Shown here: positions 1-13,100 of the stretch, in pieces | How the letters are laid out: each line of letters opens with the position of its first letter | Numbering within the stretch: the first letter of the stretch is position 1 | NCBI GenBank assembly: GCA_051294905.1 | Contig: CM119378.1 | Span: 27,714,001 to 27,778,000, forward strand | Source: Botryllus schlosseri | Taxonomy: Eukaryota | DNA: 64,000 bases | Direction of reading: 5' to 3' | The notes under the pieces: model-generated | Seen by the model: only the letters and a program-made list of their open reading frames with translations | What the model was told of the DNA's origin: nothing | Databases searched by the model: none | Position numbers and translations under genes: made by a program

Positions 1-851
1 ATGAACTAGGATTTGATATGGACTGCACTTGATTGAATTTCCAAGTTTTCCCGAATTCAGTAATTCTAATCGAACTCGGAAAAAAATGTGTCTCTATAAT
101 CCTAATTGTAATTTAATTTGCAACTTTTGGTGTAGCTATAATTCTAATCTAAAATGGAAGAACTGTGTAGCGATAGGCTACTTCTAATTCTAATCTAAGT
201 TTAAAAAGCTTGCCTGGCTATTATTCTAATAGTAATCTAATTTGGATAAAAAATACTGTTCGGCCCAGCTATAATTCTAATTTTAATCTAATATGGACAA
301 AACTAGCTATGATTCTTATAAAATTTGGAAAAACCTTGTTGCTATTGCAGGCGATCCCTGTTGTCGTCCAACCATGAAATGTATATCTCGTAACCGAGAG
401 ACATCCTGTCCTAGACTAATTTGCCTCTAGTATAAAACCGCTGATTCGAGAGAATCAGTAGACCCATTTGCTAAATCTACTGGTATCAACGTCTGAAATA
501 TATTCGTATGTCTTGTGTAATATCTGCATCTTAAGGATATCTCACCAGGATACAGGATTCCAGGTTAACTAGTCAGCCAGCTAAACCGTTGTTACTTTGG
601 TTAGCTTTACTTCTACCCCCAGGAACAATACCCTGAATCATTGCACTATAATTCTTATTCTAAGCTAATTTGAAGAAAATGTGAAGCTATAATTCTAATC
701 TGATTTGAGAAAAATGTGGAAGCTATAATTCTAATCTAATTTGGTGGTGCTGAAAACTTTCTAGTTTTCCAACTCTGGCTGTGACAGTGGGAATGTTAAC
801 AAATCTGTGAATTGTAAGTGTAACTGACAATGTTTCCTGCTATTTTGCCAG

Positions 852-1130
852 AGAGACGACTTGAAGGAGTTTTATCGATCGGTGGGATTCGAAACGGTTG
901 GTAACAAGATGTTGGATTCGAGTGACGAAGATGATTCTTCCGACTCGGAGGAAGTGAGCAAGTCATCGAAGGAGAAATCAGGGAAGAGCACAAAAAGTGC
1001 TCGGGACTCAAAAGTTGGGAGTGGAACCGCCAAGACAAAAAGCACTGATGATAAAACCGAGAAGGGTAAAAAAATGGCAAGTGAGGCGAGCGGGACCTCC
1101 AAAAAGAATGATGTAAAGGTGCCGACAAAG
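852..1130 (+). CDS. CEBPZ: CEBPZ exon 1 (in window), acidic/Lys-Ser-rich
   Basis: ttttgccag|AGAGAC ... ACAAAG|gtaaat; phase 0/0; RDDLKEFYRSVGF...KVPTK. Confidence 0.85.
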
Positions 1131-4100
1131 GTAAATAAATCGTTTGGATCATCACATGTTATCTAGGGCAAAGAAGGCTAAGATGAGACACTTTTCTGAT
1201 ATTTCAACGCCACTCGAAGAGTAATGCCTTCTGAGGATTCATTTTGTTACCAATGGAAAGTCTGTGATCTGTACTATCTATGACTATGTCTTGAGTTGTA
1301 TTGAGTAACATACTTATGGATTTCTTGGCCCTCAAAAACCCTTACTCAAATGTCTGAGCTTACCACCAGGCGAGGGTAAGATGAGACACCAAACAGTTCT
1401 TGCTCATTACACCACCAATTCATCCCAAATGATGAATCAACTAGCAACATCATGAATAAAATATACTAATCATGAAATAATTCACTTTTAAAAAGAATTT
1501 GTACATCATATACTAATTTAAATGAAAGAGTTGCATTGGAATCGAATCTATAGTTTGGCATTTTAAAGGTGGTTAGTTCTAGTTATAGTTGCACATTTTA
1601 AAAGCCAGCAGTTTGTACTGCACATGTCTGCATCCTTGTCAATTGTCATTATTGTCTTTTTAGACTGATCTTTGTTTAACTGCTTTCGATTCGACACCAG
1701 CGTGTATTCCAACACTAGTTTCGGTTCTTACGCGCTTCAAGTTCCAAACAATGGGCTACTGTTGAATGATTTGACCAGAGTTGACAGCATTGCGAATTTT
1801 ATTTGTAGGAATCATGTCATGCAATTTGATTCAAATAGCCGTGTCATTGAATAGAATCTTGGATGCACAGAACTACAATGGTGTATCCTGTTTGAAATGA
1901 ACCTGAACATTTTTGGCTGTCACTCGTCAGGAGTAATCGTCAGCGACTAGTAGAGAATTGGAAACAATATTATATATCAACAATCGTATCACAAAATATG
2001 ACCTCACTGGCATGAAATTTTAATAATCAAGGCGAACGGATTTTTCAGTTTTAATAGTATTTTTCAATTGTATGCAAAATTTCGCCTGCTTACTTGGCCT
2101 ATATATTCTATACACAGAAACCCTTGCAAGTGTCGATCGTGTCCAGTACTGTGTGCGACGTGGCGAAGCTTCCCGTTCAAATCCAGAATGTTTCCAAGTC
2201 CTTGCCGATCGTGTACAACCACATAGCTGACCTGGCCAAGATTCCGCAGAAGAAGATCGTCATGAAGACATCGGGACCTTGGTGAGATTGACAAGGCAAA
2301 TTTTGATGTACTTTGAAATTTCACTGGCAATTTGATAGAATTATTAGGTTGGTTACAAAAACACTGCACACCAAATTTGTCTCAATTCCTACCTGTAGAA
2401 GCAAAGCTATTCTAATTTTTTCATATGTTACTGGCTCTGCCATGTCATCGTTACGTTGTTTCAAAAAACGATGAGTTACAAATTTGGCTCAATTCTAGTC
2501 CGTAGAAGCGAAGGTATTGGTGTACCAGATTCTGGATTGTGGGAAATTCTTAATTTAATAACCTTACAACCAACAACATCAATAGTATTATTTCAAATCC
2601 TTTCGGCTTCAATAACTTTGCCTCTGCTGGCTGGAATTGGCCAAATTTGCTGCGAACCGTTTTTTAGACATGATGGCAACTTCATCCCATAGCCTGAAAA
2701 TTTTTTGTAATTAACTGTATTACATGTAATATTTCAAAATGATCTATCGGTAATCAATTGATGTGCAACTCGCAATGTGCAAATTTGATGTGCAATTTTA
2801 TCAAAAACCCAGTGCCATTTCGAGAAAAAATTATTTTAAACTCCCTTAATGCTGACTACTTTTTGAGCATGGCTGGCGAATTTTCATGCCTGTGATCCAT
2901 ATTTCTTCCATATGCTTCAATACCCCGCCATAATAAATCACCCTATGCATCCGTCCCCCTTGCATAGATTAGCAGTGCAGTGCTCATATCAATGATCCCT
3001 TATAACAGTGTTTCCCAACCTTTTTCGTCTCGTGCCCCCCTTGGCCGATATTTGAGCTAAATCCCCCCCCCCCCCTACGAAAAAGTTGCCAGTGACTAAA
3101 TAATGTGCTTTTTAACGCGCAACCATTTGTTAACGGAACAATTAATGACCAAACATATTCAAATATGTCCGAACTATGTCGAATGCGGACCGCACTAAAC
3201 TTTGGTAAAGTACAGTTGAATTTGAACGGTCATGTAGCCGCTGATGAAAAATAAATGAACAAGTCCGCTTGCTCTGAACTTGAATTGAATCGATGAATTG
3301 GTATGTTTTTCACGTTAGCTCATAAGTTGGCTTAAAAAGTTGAACAATTTCACTAGCGGCCTTCTTGCTGAATTCTGCTTGACGTTTTCCTGGTTACTAG
3401 TAATTTGGTCGAGAGGCTGTCGCGGGCCCAACGAAATCGTCTCGTGAGCCTCCATTTATCAGAGGGTGTAATATCTACGGAAGGCATTTAAACATACACC
3501 TAGCTTGAAATCCACCAAAGAAACATACAATTCTTAATAACTAATTTCTGCTTAACAGTTCTATACCATAAAAATCTAAAAACCTTGTAAACCCAGTGTA
3601 TCTTCCGATACAATGACAAAGCCAGATTCCCTCTAAAAGAATTAAGCCAGATTCCCCCCTAAAAATTTTCAAGTTCCCCCCGGTTGGGAACCACTGCCTC
3701 ATAAGATATAACTCAGCCAGCATCTGGCCTGACTCTAAATCTAACTGTAATTTATATGTCATTATGTTTGAACTAAGAGTCTCGTCAGGTATAACATAGT
3801 ATACTACTCGCCAACTAAGTTTGCCCCTACGCAATTCTTTGCAAACACATTTTACTGAAGGCTCACCACACTAGCAGACTAGGCTAATCTAGTTGGCTAA
3901 TACGACTCCTTATGCCGAAAATTTCATATAATTAGTGAAATGTTTTTGTGCTCTAGCTTTCATTATAATCTTATTTCTGGTGTTCCTGACAATGCTACAA
4001 GAGAATTGTATAGTGTGACTTGATTTTCGTATCATTTCCTACCAATACAGAATTTAATTCAATTTCCAAGTTCTTGTGAATAGAGTTGTTCTAATTCTAC

Positions 4101-7100
4101 TCTAATTTGAGAACATTGTGCAGTTATACTTGTAATGTGAATCTAATTTGGAAAATAACTATGTTGCCGCTGACTTGGAAAAGATGAAAATTTTCCGTCA
4201 GTTCAACGCAGCACACTAGGCTTGTTTGGCAAGTTGATGCATTCGAGGATTTTCGACTTATTCAGGTATGCGAACGACACTTTCAAAATGTCGGCTGGTG
4301 GCGACGAAACTTACAAGTCCAGCGATCCCATGGTGCTACGGCTGAAAGACTTGGGCAAGGAATTGCTGGAAACGGAGGCCAACTTGATGAAGAATCACAA
4401 GAATAAGAGTCTGGGCGGAAATGACTCTTGGATGAAAACTGTGTCTACCGCCGGTGAGTCAAAGTGTGAAACGGAACTTGTATGAATACTGGATTTTTAG
4501 AATTTGAGCTTCTCGCTTTTCAGAATCCGCAACCAGAGCTAGAACTAACAGACTTTGTAAATGTATTTAACAAACTAAAACACTACTAACAAAACTGATT
4601 TACACATTTCTGAATTTCATACCGCGATAGAATTAACATTTCAAACGATGGGGTTTCCAGTTTGAAATAGGTGCCCCCAAAACCACAGCTAGAACCACTG
4701 ACTTTTCAAAATCCGCGGCTAAAAACTACCCATAAAACCAGTGGTTAGTTGACCGTCGGGTGATTAGGTTAGAAGTTTGTGCAAGTCTGTGCTGAAACGT
4801 TTTCTACTTTCGTCGATAAGAATTGCAAGGTTGAGAACGGAAATATGTTGTTAGGTTTTGCTCGCTATTTCGGATGACAATGGGCCATTGTAAAGAAGGA
4901 TATCCGGAACCTGCTGAAATGTCATGTTTGTGCGATTCCTGTGACCACATAACAACATAACCGTTAATGTCATTTTGGCTGCGAATTCGATGCTAAACCA
5001 TGGATAAATCCCGGTATATCGGGTACCTTGTGACCAATGAGGGGACAAAGTTATAAGCATACAATTGAATCATATATTGATATTGAAATAAGCCCTAATA
5101 TTTTCGTCAGTGTTAATCGTCACCTACTAGTAGACAATTGGAAAGAATTTTGTATATTAACGAAAGTTGTCACTTGTCATTCCGCCTTTATTTTGAATGC
5201 TACTAGCTTGTCGCGTTTTTTCCTAGGTACGCTTTCTGATAAGGTTGCCGCATACACACTGATGATCCAACAAGCTCCAGTGCACAACTATCGCAGTCTG
5301 GACATGTTTTTGGGCATGCTGAAGAAGAAAGGCAAACGGGAGGCGTTGATAGGTGAGGTCTACGATGGCAATGTGTTTTGATGGGATCTCAATTTTTTTT
5401 TCTTTGGTCATACATATACATAGCATGTCCTGATAGAATCAAAGTAGCATATTTCCATTTTTCAAATTTAGACATCCATTATATAACTTTGTTTTAAAAC
5501 AATTTCATTTTTTTCCTGCCATATCTTTGCAATGTTCATGTTTGTCACATTGTTTCGGAGATAACCATGACCAAGATACTCCTCGGTGATATGATCATCA
5601 GACTGTGTGCTAGTGATAATCTCTTGTGCGTAATGTGTTGTGTGCATAATTTATGTATAGATTCTGAGTGATTGCGAGACACTAATCAATAGATTATCGG
5701 ATTCAGGATCAGCCATAAGGACAGCTAGTGATTTGCTCATGTAAAAAAGGTGCCGAATTTTGCACTGCTGCGGTATGTCTTTAAAGCTGTGGCACCAAAC
5801 TTTTTCCAATTGTGGCACGTCACTAAAAATGTAAAGAGCTTCTTGAAGGTACGGAACTTCAATACACAATTGAATAGTATATTCATATTGAAATAAACCC
5901 GAATATTTTCGGCTGGCACTCGTCAGGGGTAATGGTCAGCAACTAGTAGAGAATAAGATCGCGTGATTTATTGGTCCGAAATGGTTCAACTATCTTGTCT
6001 AAAGCGTTCAACGGCAAATGTATTGACATAATGAACGCCGGGCGCAATGATCTGAATTGAGTATTACTTCTATTCTAATGATTTGAGTCGAGTGATGGGA
6101 GATCATATCCTGGTGCTGTAATCATGTACTCCATGCCACTAAGAGTTTAATTATCAGCAATCACCTTGATGCAACATACTAAACATGTAGTGCAATGTCG
6201 TGATCCACACGTAGCATTATTAGAAAGGGCAATGGTTAGGTATGTTCAAAAACACCTCAAATTATCTTCACTGTGATGTGGAACTGGCAAAGTTACCTGT
6301 TTGAACTTTGGACTACGCACCATTCAAACTCTTGTCGTGACTCGAGTGATTACAAGTTTTTTAATTTGTTCAGCGTTGGAGGCGTTGCAAAACATCTTCC
6401 TCGCCGAGCTTCTGCCCGACGGCAGGCAACTCCGCTATTTTCACCAGCAGCCCATCAGGGTTTTGAGGGAAATATTTCAACGGGAGCAGGGCGGCGCCGC
6501 CTTGAAGCGCGCGCAAATTCAGCGCTGTCTCATACAGTGGGCGTACGAGGCGCAAATCAAGGAGGTCTACAAGACGGTGATCGAGTGTTTGCGGGACGTT
6601 TTCCTGCAAGACACTCTGGAAGCCATGAAAATGAAAGGTGACCGTTTTTTCACCATTTAATCTCAAATGTTACTTTAATGTGATGTGAAACTGGCATTCT
6701 ATTCATTGTGGCCACTTGAAATGCACATGTTTGAACTTTTTCAAATCATTCACACTGTTGTGACGTCTAAACGAGTCATACTCGAATCAGGGTTGTGATG
6801 GCTCGAGTCATGACTCGACTCGAGTCGCGATTTTTTGGTGACTCGACTTTACTCGAGTCAATTTTTGTATTGACTGTGGACTTATACTCAATTCATTGCG
6901 CATCAGAGGGGTCTTTAAATTGTACTCAAGTACAATTTAGCAAAAATAGCTTATTTTGTACTCAACCAGAATTTTAAATTATACTAAATTATACTTTTAT
7001 AAAAAATGGCTTAGGAGGGTACCATACTGAGACTTTTATATGGAAACAAGCTCGTGTTTTGCGTTACTCCACCTGTGGGTGTTTCAAGTTTAATGATCTA

Positions 7101-10100
7101 ACCAAAAATCACACAAGTTTCTGCAGCTCTTGAAGCTGTTTTGCATGAAGGCAGCCTTCGAGCGAGAAATCGGTCAGGCTCTCCCGGTAGTCATCCTTTT
7201 CAACTCCGATGGCGGAAAAATCCGCCTCCAGTGGTGCCGTCGTTGGAAACACCGTCGAGAGTGTTCCGCAGAAGTCCTTTAGGGTGGGCAGGTGGATGTT
7301 CATACCCTCGAGGACACCCCGAGCGTCCCTGAAGCTGCTGTCAGGGCCCTCCTCCTCCAACGTAATGCGGAAATTGTCATGGTCTCTGTAAAAGTCCCGC
7401 AGTTGAGCGTGCTCCGTCTCGACATCCTCTAGTTTTTCTTCGGCCCACCCAGTTGCTCGAAGCCGTCATGACTGTTCGCGAACCAGGTCAGAGACAGCTG
7501 AACGACGCAACTTAACCAGTTCCTTCGGGAGCGTCGGTGGCATTTCGTTGTTTTTGATGTCCGCGTTGTTTGCCAGGAGATCACGCGTATCTTGTTCGCA
7601 ACAAACCATCCAGTCACTCTCTTCATTGAAGCCCACCAAGTGTCGACAAAACGTGGGCATGTTGTTTACATCTAAGTCTGGAGCTTCTGCTGTCGGCGCA
7701 GAAGTCCGATCAAGCTGTTCATTTGAGTAATGAAAGTTTCATTGGCAAGCTTCGAGTAGGCCTTTTGCACAACCAAGTCGAGTTGGTGTAGTCCGCACCA
7801 GAAGTGGAAAATCTCTTGTGAAGCTTCCTTTTGAAGCAGGGTTCCAACACCACCGACGTGGCCTGTCATTGTACCTTCCCCCCTCAAGAACTGATTCAAC
7901 CAAGCAACCTACTGCCGGTATATACACTGCAACAGTATATTCCGGTCTTGTCCAGTTCAGCAGGGATCGTCAGCCTAGCCAAGTTACAACCTATAGTTGA
8001 GATAATTCACTCACTCACTGGAGTTGAAATTATTGCGAGCGAGAAAGATGAAATTTGGAAGACTACTATGGCAATTTAATTTGAGCTGCGATAGATCACA
8101 AAACAGAAAAAAAAAAAAAAAAAAAGGAAGAGAAAGATGAGCTCAGCGTGGAATGGAATGAAGCGGGAATCAATCCCGCCGTGCGAGCAAAGCCACACAC
8201 ACAGCGCTGCGCAGGAAGAATCCCAGTGCGGTGCGGCATCTGCACCCCCGCCGCTGCTGGTCTCCCCACCCAACCGCCAGGCAGCACCTGTGGGAGCCAG
8301 CAGGGCCCGAACGGAAGCGATAAACCCGCCAATGCGTTTTTTAGAGACTCCGGTGAACTGACAAACACCGAAAAACGGTAAACAAAAAACAAAACAAAAA
8401 TCCTTATTTTATACTCGACAGAAATTTTATTTTATACTAAATTGTACTTTTGAGACCCAAAAGTACAATTTAAAGAACCCTGCGCATGACTCGAACCAAA
8501 TCATATGACTCGAGACTAGGACGGTCAAGACACACATTTCATCGTACTTTCAAAGGATAGTATAGTCACCGCATTATCGGTGTTTCGTCTATCAGTCCTT
8601 ATACTTGGAAAATAGGGCCAGAAACTGTTAAGACTGAGGAAAAATCACTATATTTTGAATGCGAGCCACTTTATATCACTCGAGTAGAGAATTACCGCTT
8701 CATGGTTTTTAAAAATTACATTAGAATTAGAATCACCGAAGCTGCAATAACTTGGAAATTGAATTCAATTCCAATTTAGAAAGAAATGAAAGGAAAATAT
8801 AATTCAGTTCCTATCAAATTGTGTTCATTCTCGTAAGCAAGTTCTTTACCATGAACCAGTGTTATTCTCTCATATTTTTCGTCCTGAAGTGAAGGAAATT
8901 GTTACGAGATGATTTTTTTCAATTTTGACCACGTAAGTGTTGTTAAACTCGTTGTGCTGAGCCTTATTATGCATATCCTGATTCTGTGTGGAAATGCACG
9001 TTGGAACACCGTGAAATAGTGGGTGGAATTTTGAATTTTCACGCTCTAGTTTTGTGTGACATGCTCTGTTTTTTACAGGTCTGAGAACGGCGTTGAATCT
9101 CATCAAATCAAAGCCGGAACAGGAACGCGAACTTTTGGTGATGATCGTCAACAAAATGGGAGATCCAAAGTGGGTGCATTTTCTGTAGATCGCCGCGTTT
9201 CGTCGCTGTCGAAGCAGAGTAGCTTATTTCATATTTTTCATAATTGGAGAAAATCAGGTTTTCATGAAATTTTCATTTTCAAAATAGTTTGTCCATTGTT
9301 CATGTTTTCAGAAAATCTGGATTATGTATCATATTCATTTTCAGAGTATGTTTTGTGTATAGTTGAAACCGAGTCAAATTGAGTCCACGTCAGAATGCAA
9401 AGGGTTAGTCAAAAATAGACTTCAAATAATCTTTCATGTGATGTAGATCAGCGGTTCACAGCCGCCGGTGCGTGGCAAGTTTCCTGTCGGTCCGCCAAAT
9501 ATATTAGAATTTTATATCTTAATTTGGACGCTTGTTCATTAATCAGAGAAATAATACATCAAATTTCAAATTTGTTTAGAAGTTAGGAACGTATTATCAT
9601 GAATTGTAGCGTGATAGAGAGTTCACGGCGAAACGAAACTGTTTAATAGGGATGGTGTGAACGTGAGGCTCACGTTCGCGTTCTGTGTGTGAACCTCTGA
9701 AATTTAGAGGGTCACGTTAACAAACGAACCTTGGTTGGCTCTGCACTGTGCACCTTTTTCACTTCATTATAACATGCTTGGTTGAAATTAATTGCATTTC
9801 AACTGCGGGCCACTCTATCCATGGCCCCGACAGCGTAAAAAAAATCAACACTAAGCGAGCATGCACCTTGACAATCTCAAAAATTTCTGCTGTTAGCTTA
9901 ACCCGCAAATTGCAGAACACCAAGAGCGAAATACACTACATGTAGTCAGCGAAGGATGCTTAATGATTATTCAACTAATCAATGAGATTGATATCGTTGT
10001 CTGATGTAAAAAAACTAGCTGGCGTAAGGGGTCAATCTTGACTTCATATGTATACTGTATCATAAAAACCAAACCCGGGCGATTGGGTTGTTGGATACTG

Positions 10101-13100
10101 CTGTATAACTTGTTAATGGGGTAATATCGGTACCAAGTATAGAAACCAGTTTTACACTCTGCTCAATATCATTGCGCTTACTGTTAAGGTTTCGAGTTAT
10201 TTCCCGTTCAATTCACTTTTTTCAACATGTTCGGCACCAAAAAATCGACAGTCGAGTCATGACTCGAGATGTTACAAAGCTGGATATGTCTATTTTCACG
10301 TTTTCAGAAAGTCATGTTTTTGTGTAAAATATTCAACTTAAGAATAGCGAATAGACGTTGCCATTCGAATTCGAATAGGCTTTTAGTGGTACAGAACTTG
10401 AAGTATTATTAAAATCTACTTTTTTCTACTCTCGACTCGTTGTTTCAGACACAAAATCGCTTCGAAGGCGTTGCACACGCTGCACTCGCTCATTCAGGAG
10501 CATCCGGTCATGCAAGGCGTGGTGGTTTCAGCCGTTCGGGACTTATTGCTGAGGCCCAACATTCAAGCGAAATGCCAATACTATTGCATATGCTTCATGA
10601 GCTCTCAGATTCTGAGTAACGACAGGTTTGTATTCGGACTTTTCAGTTTTCTACATTTGATTGGAAATGGAACTATACGTACGCGTTTCTTTCCAAATTG
10701 GATAGGAATCAGAATTATATGTAGTTTTTTCTAAATTTGATTAGAATTAGATTAATAGGTAGGCCTATGCATTTTTCCAAATTAGATCAAAATTTCAATG
10801 ATGGCTACAGTTTTTCACCAAATTAGAGTCAGACTAGAATTATTGACACAGTTTTTTTCTACATTTGATTGGAATTAGAATAATAGGTGTGCATTTTTTC
10901 CAAATTTGATCAAAATTTCTTGTGATGGCTACAGTTTTTCACCAAATTAGATTCAGACTAGAATTGTAGCCACACAGTTTTTTCTAAATTACATTAAAAT
11001 TTGAATTATAGCTACAAAGTGTTTTCCAGATTAGATCCGAATTAGAATGATAGCTATATTAGAATTGTACCTACATTGTGTTTCCAAATTAGATTAGAAT
11101 CAAAACCACTGATTTCTCAAAAACTTGAAAGTTGAATTTAATTCCGACTGAGAAAGAAACACATCACACGTCAAGTTCATGTGAAGTCACAAGCATAAGC
11201 ACGAGAATGTCTGTACAGCAAGCTTGGCTCGTTGTCGTTTCAAACGATACAGTTCTTCTTATGTAGCATTTTCAGATAACGCAAAAATTAGATTAGAATT
11301 ATGTTACTGGTTCCTACATTTCTCTCTAATTAGTCTAATTCGCAAACCATAGTTATCTAGCGGTCCTAGTCTGTTCGTATTGATTGATTTTTTGTAATTG
11401 CTGGCAGTTTCTCGATCAATTAATCATCGATAATATTGATGTGCCGTGTCTCAAGGGTTCCGACCTCATTTTACAGGAAAGATGTCGCCGACCTGCTGGT
11501 ACAGATTTATTTGGCTTTTTTCAAGGCGTGCGTCAAACAGAAACGCGTCGATAACAAGCTTCTCGGCGCCATCCTCACAGGTATGCTGGACATTAGACAT
11601 GTAACTCTTGTGTTGATGTACATAGGGGTTCCTAACTGGTGCGCCATCAGCCTTTTTCAGGGGGGCCATAACAAAAGCAATAAATTGAAATACCAAACCC
11701 GATTGAGCTTTGATAGATATAGTACACCCATATTTCGCGCAAAACCAAGGAAACCGAACCCCATACGTAACGAAAATGTCATGCCATGGCATGGTGTGCT
11801 TCTCAAGACAAAGCATGCAGATTGGGTTGTTCAAAAATCACTCTTTTGCTCAGATTTTACTGGCTATTGAATAATATTGTGAGGTTAGGTTGGCTAAAAA
11901 CACGCTGCACACCACATTTGGCTCAATTCCAATCTGTAGCATCGAAATGATTGGAGTTGAAAATTTTAAATTTAATATGAAGAACTGGAATTTTTTTAAA
12001 CTTTTACTGCCAAACCCATGAAATGATGAATCGATTTAAAGCTAATGTGGCTCAATTCCAAAATGCAGCAGCAAAGTTATCGACATTCAGCAGGCAAACA
12101 GCAAAGTCACGCAGCTAGAAATTTCTTATTACATTGAAACTCCCCATATTTGCTATTGTGTTGCATGCATTTGTCATAATTGCGTTTTGAGTCGGTATTG
12201 ACTCTTCAAAGATCACCGGTCAGCAAAATTTGTTCCGAGACTCGACAGGTCCCCAAGCTATAAAGGTGGGGATCCACGTGATTATATCGTCGCAGTGGTA
12301 TTAAAGTAGCTTATGTCCAGTTTTCAAATTTTTAAGGTCCATTTTTCAAACTTGGAAAAAATCTAGTTTTTGAAAATTTTTCAGGCATATCTTGGCCACG
12401 GTTATGTCTGTCTCGTTGTTTCAAAGTTAATCGGGGCCAATATATGTCTGAAAGAAGACGAAAACTCCTTCACATAAAGTTAATTTTCTTTAAATGTGTA
12501 AAATGGGCATAAGCTACTTTGATACCACTGCGACCATATAATCTCTTTTTCAAAATATAGTTCCCTTTCTCTTAAGCTTGCTTCTTACCGTAATTTTCCA
12601 AGTATAGTACGCACTCATCGGCCCCATGTATAATACGTACCCTTCAAATGGCATGCAAATTCTGGGAAAAAGCCTGTACCCATGTATAGTACGCACCCTG
12701 CAATCGCAGTACATGAATAGCTGTGTTTTAGTACACGATGTTGTTCTGTTTTGCGATGTCACTGTCGAACAATCATGACATAACCATCGCTAATCACTAT
12801 TCAATTAAAGGCATTGTCTCTAAACGATAGTAGAGAGCAGCCAAAGCCTGCGAGGCTGGCGACGCGATAGTTCGGGCCAGCGATACGATGTCTTGCGCAC
12901 GAGGCCTATTGCAGATGCGATTGCTAATCATTATATAAGTAACAGTATTGCCTCTATACGATAGTAGATAGCAGCCAAAGCCTGCAAGGCCGGCGACGCG
13001 ACATCTTGCGCACGAGGCCAGATGCGATTGCTCAGGCCAACGGTTATGTCGTGCACACCACGCCTGTTGGAGGTGCGACTGATTACGCAAGCGATTATAT

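Noticed and set aside
7109-7875. High GC as evidence of horizontal transfer
   Set aside because: Host CEBPZ exons are similarly GC-rich, so composition is uninformative.
8076-8392. Overlapping GC-rich ORFs as a gene
   Set aside because: Short ORFs in several frames inside the transposon end, with no recognisable motif.
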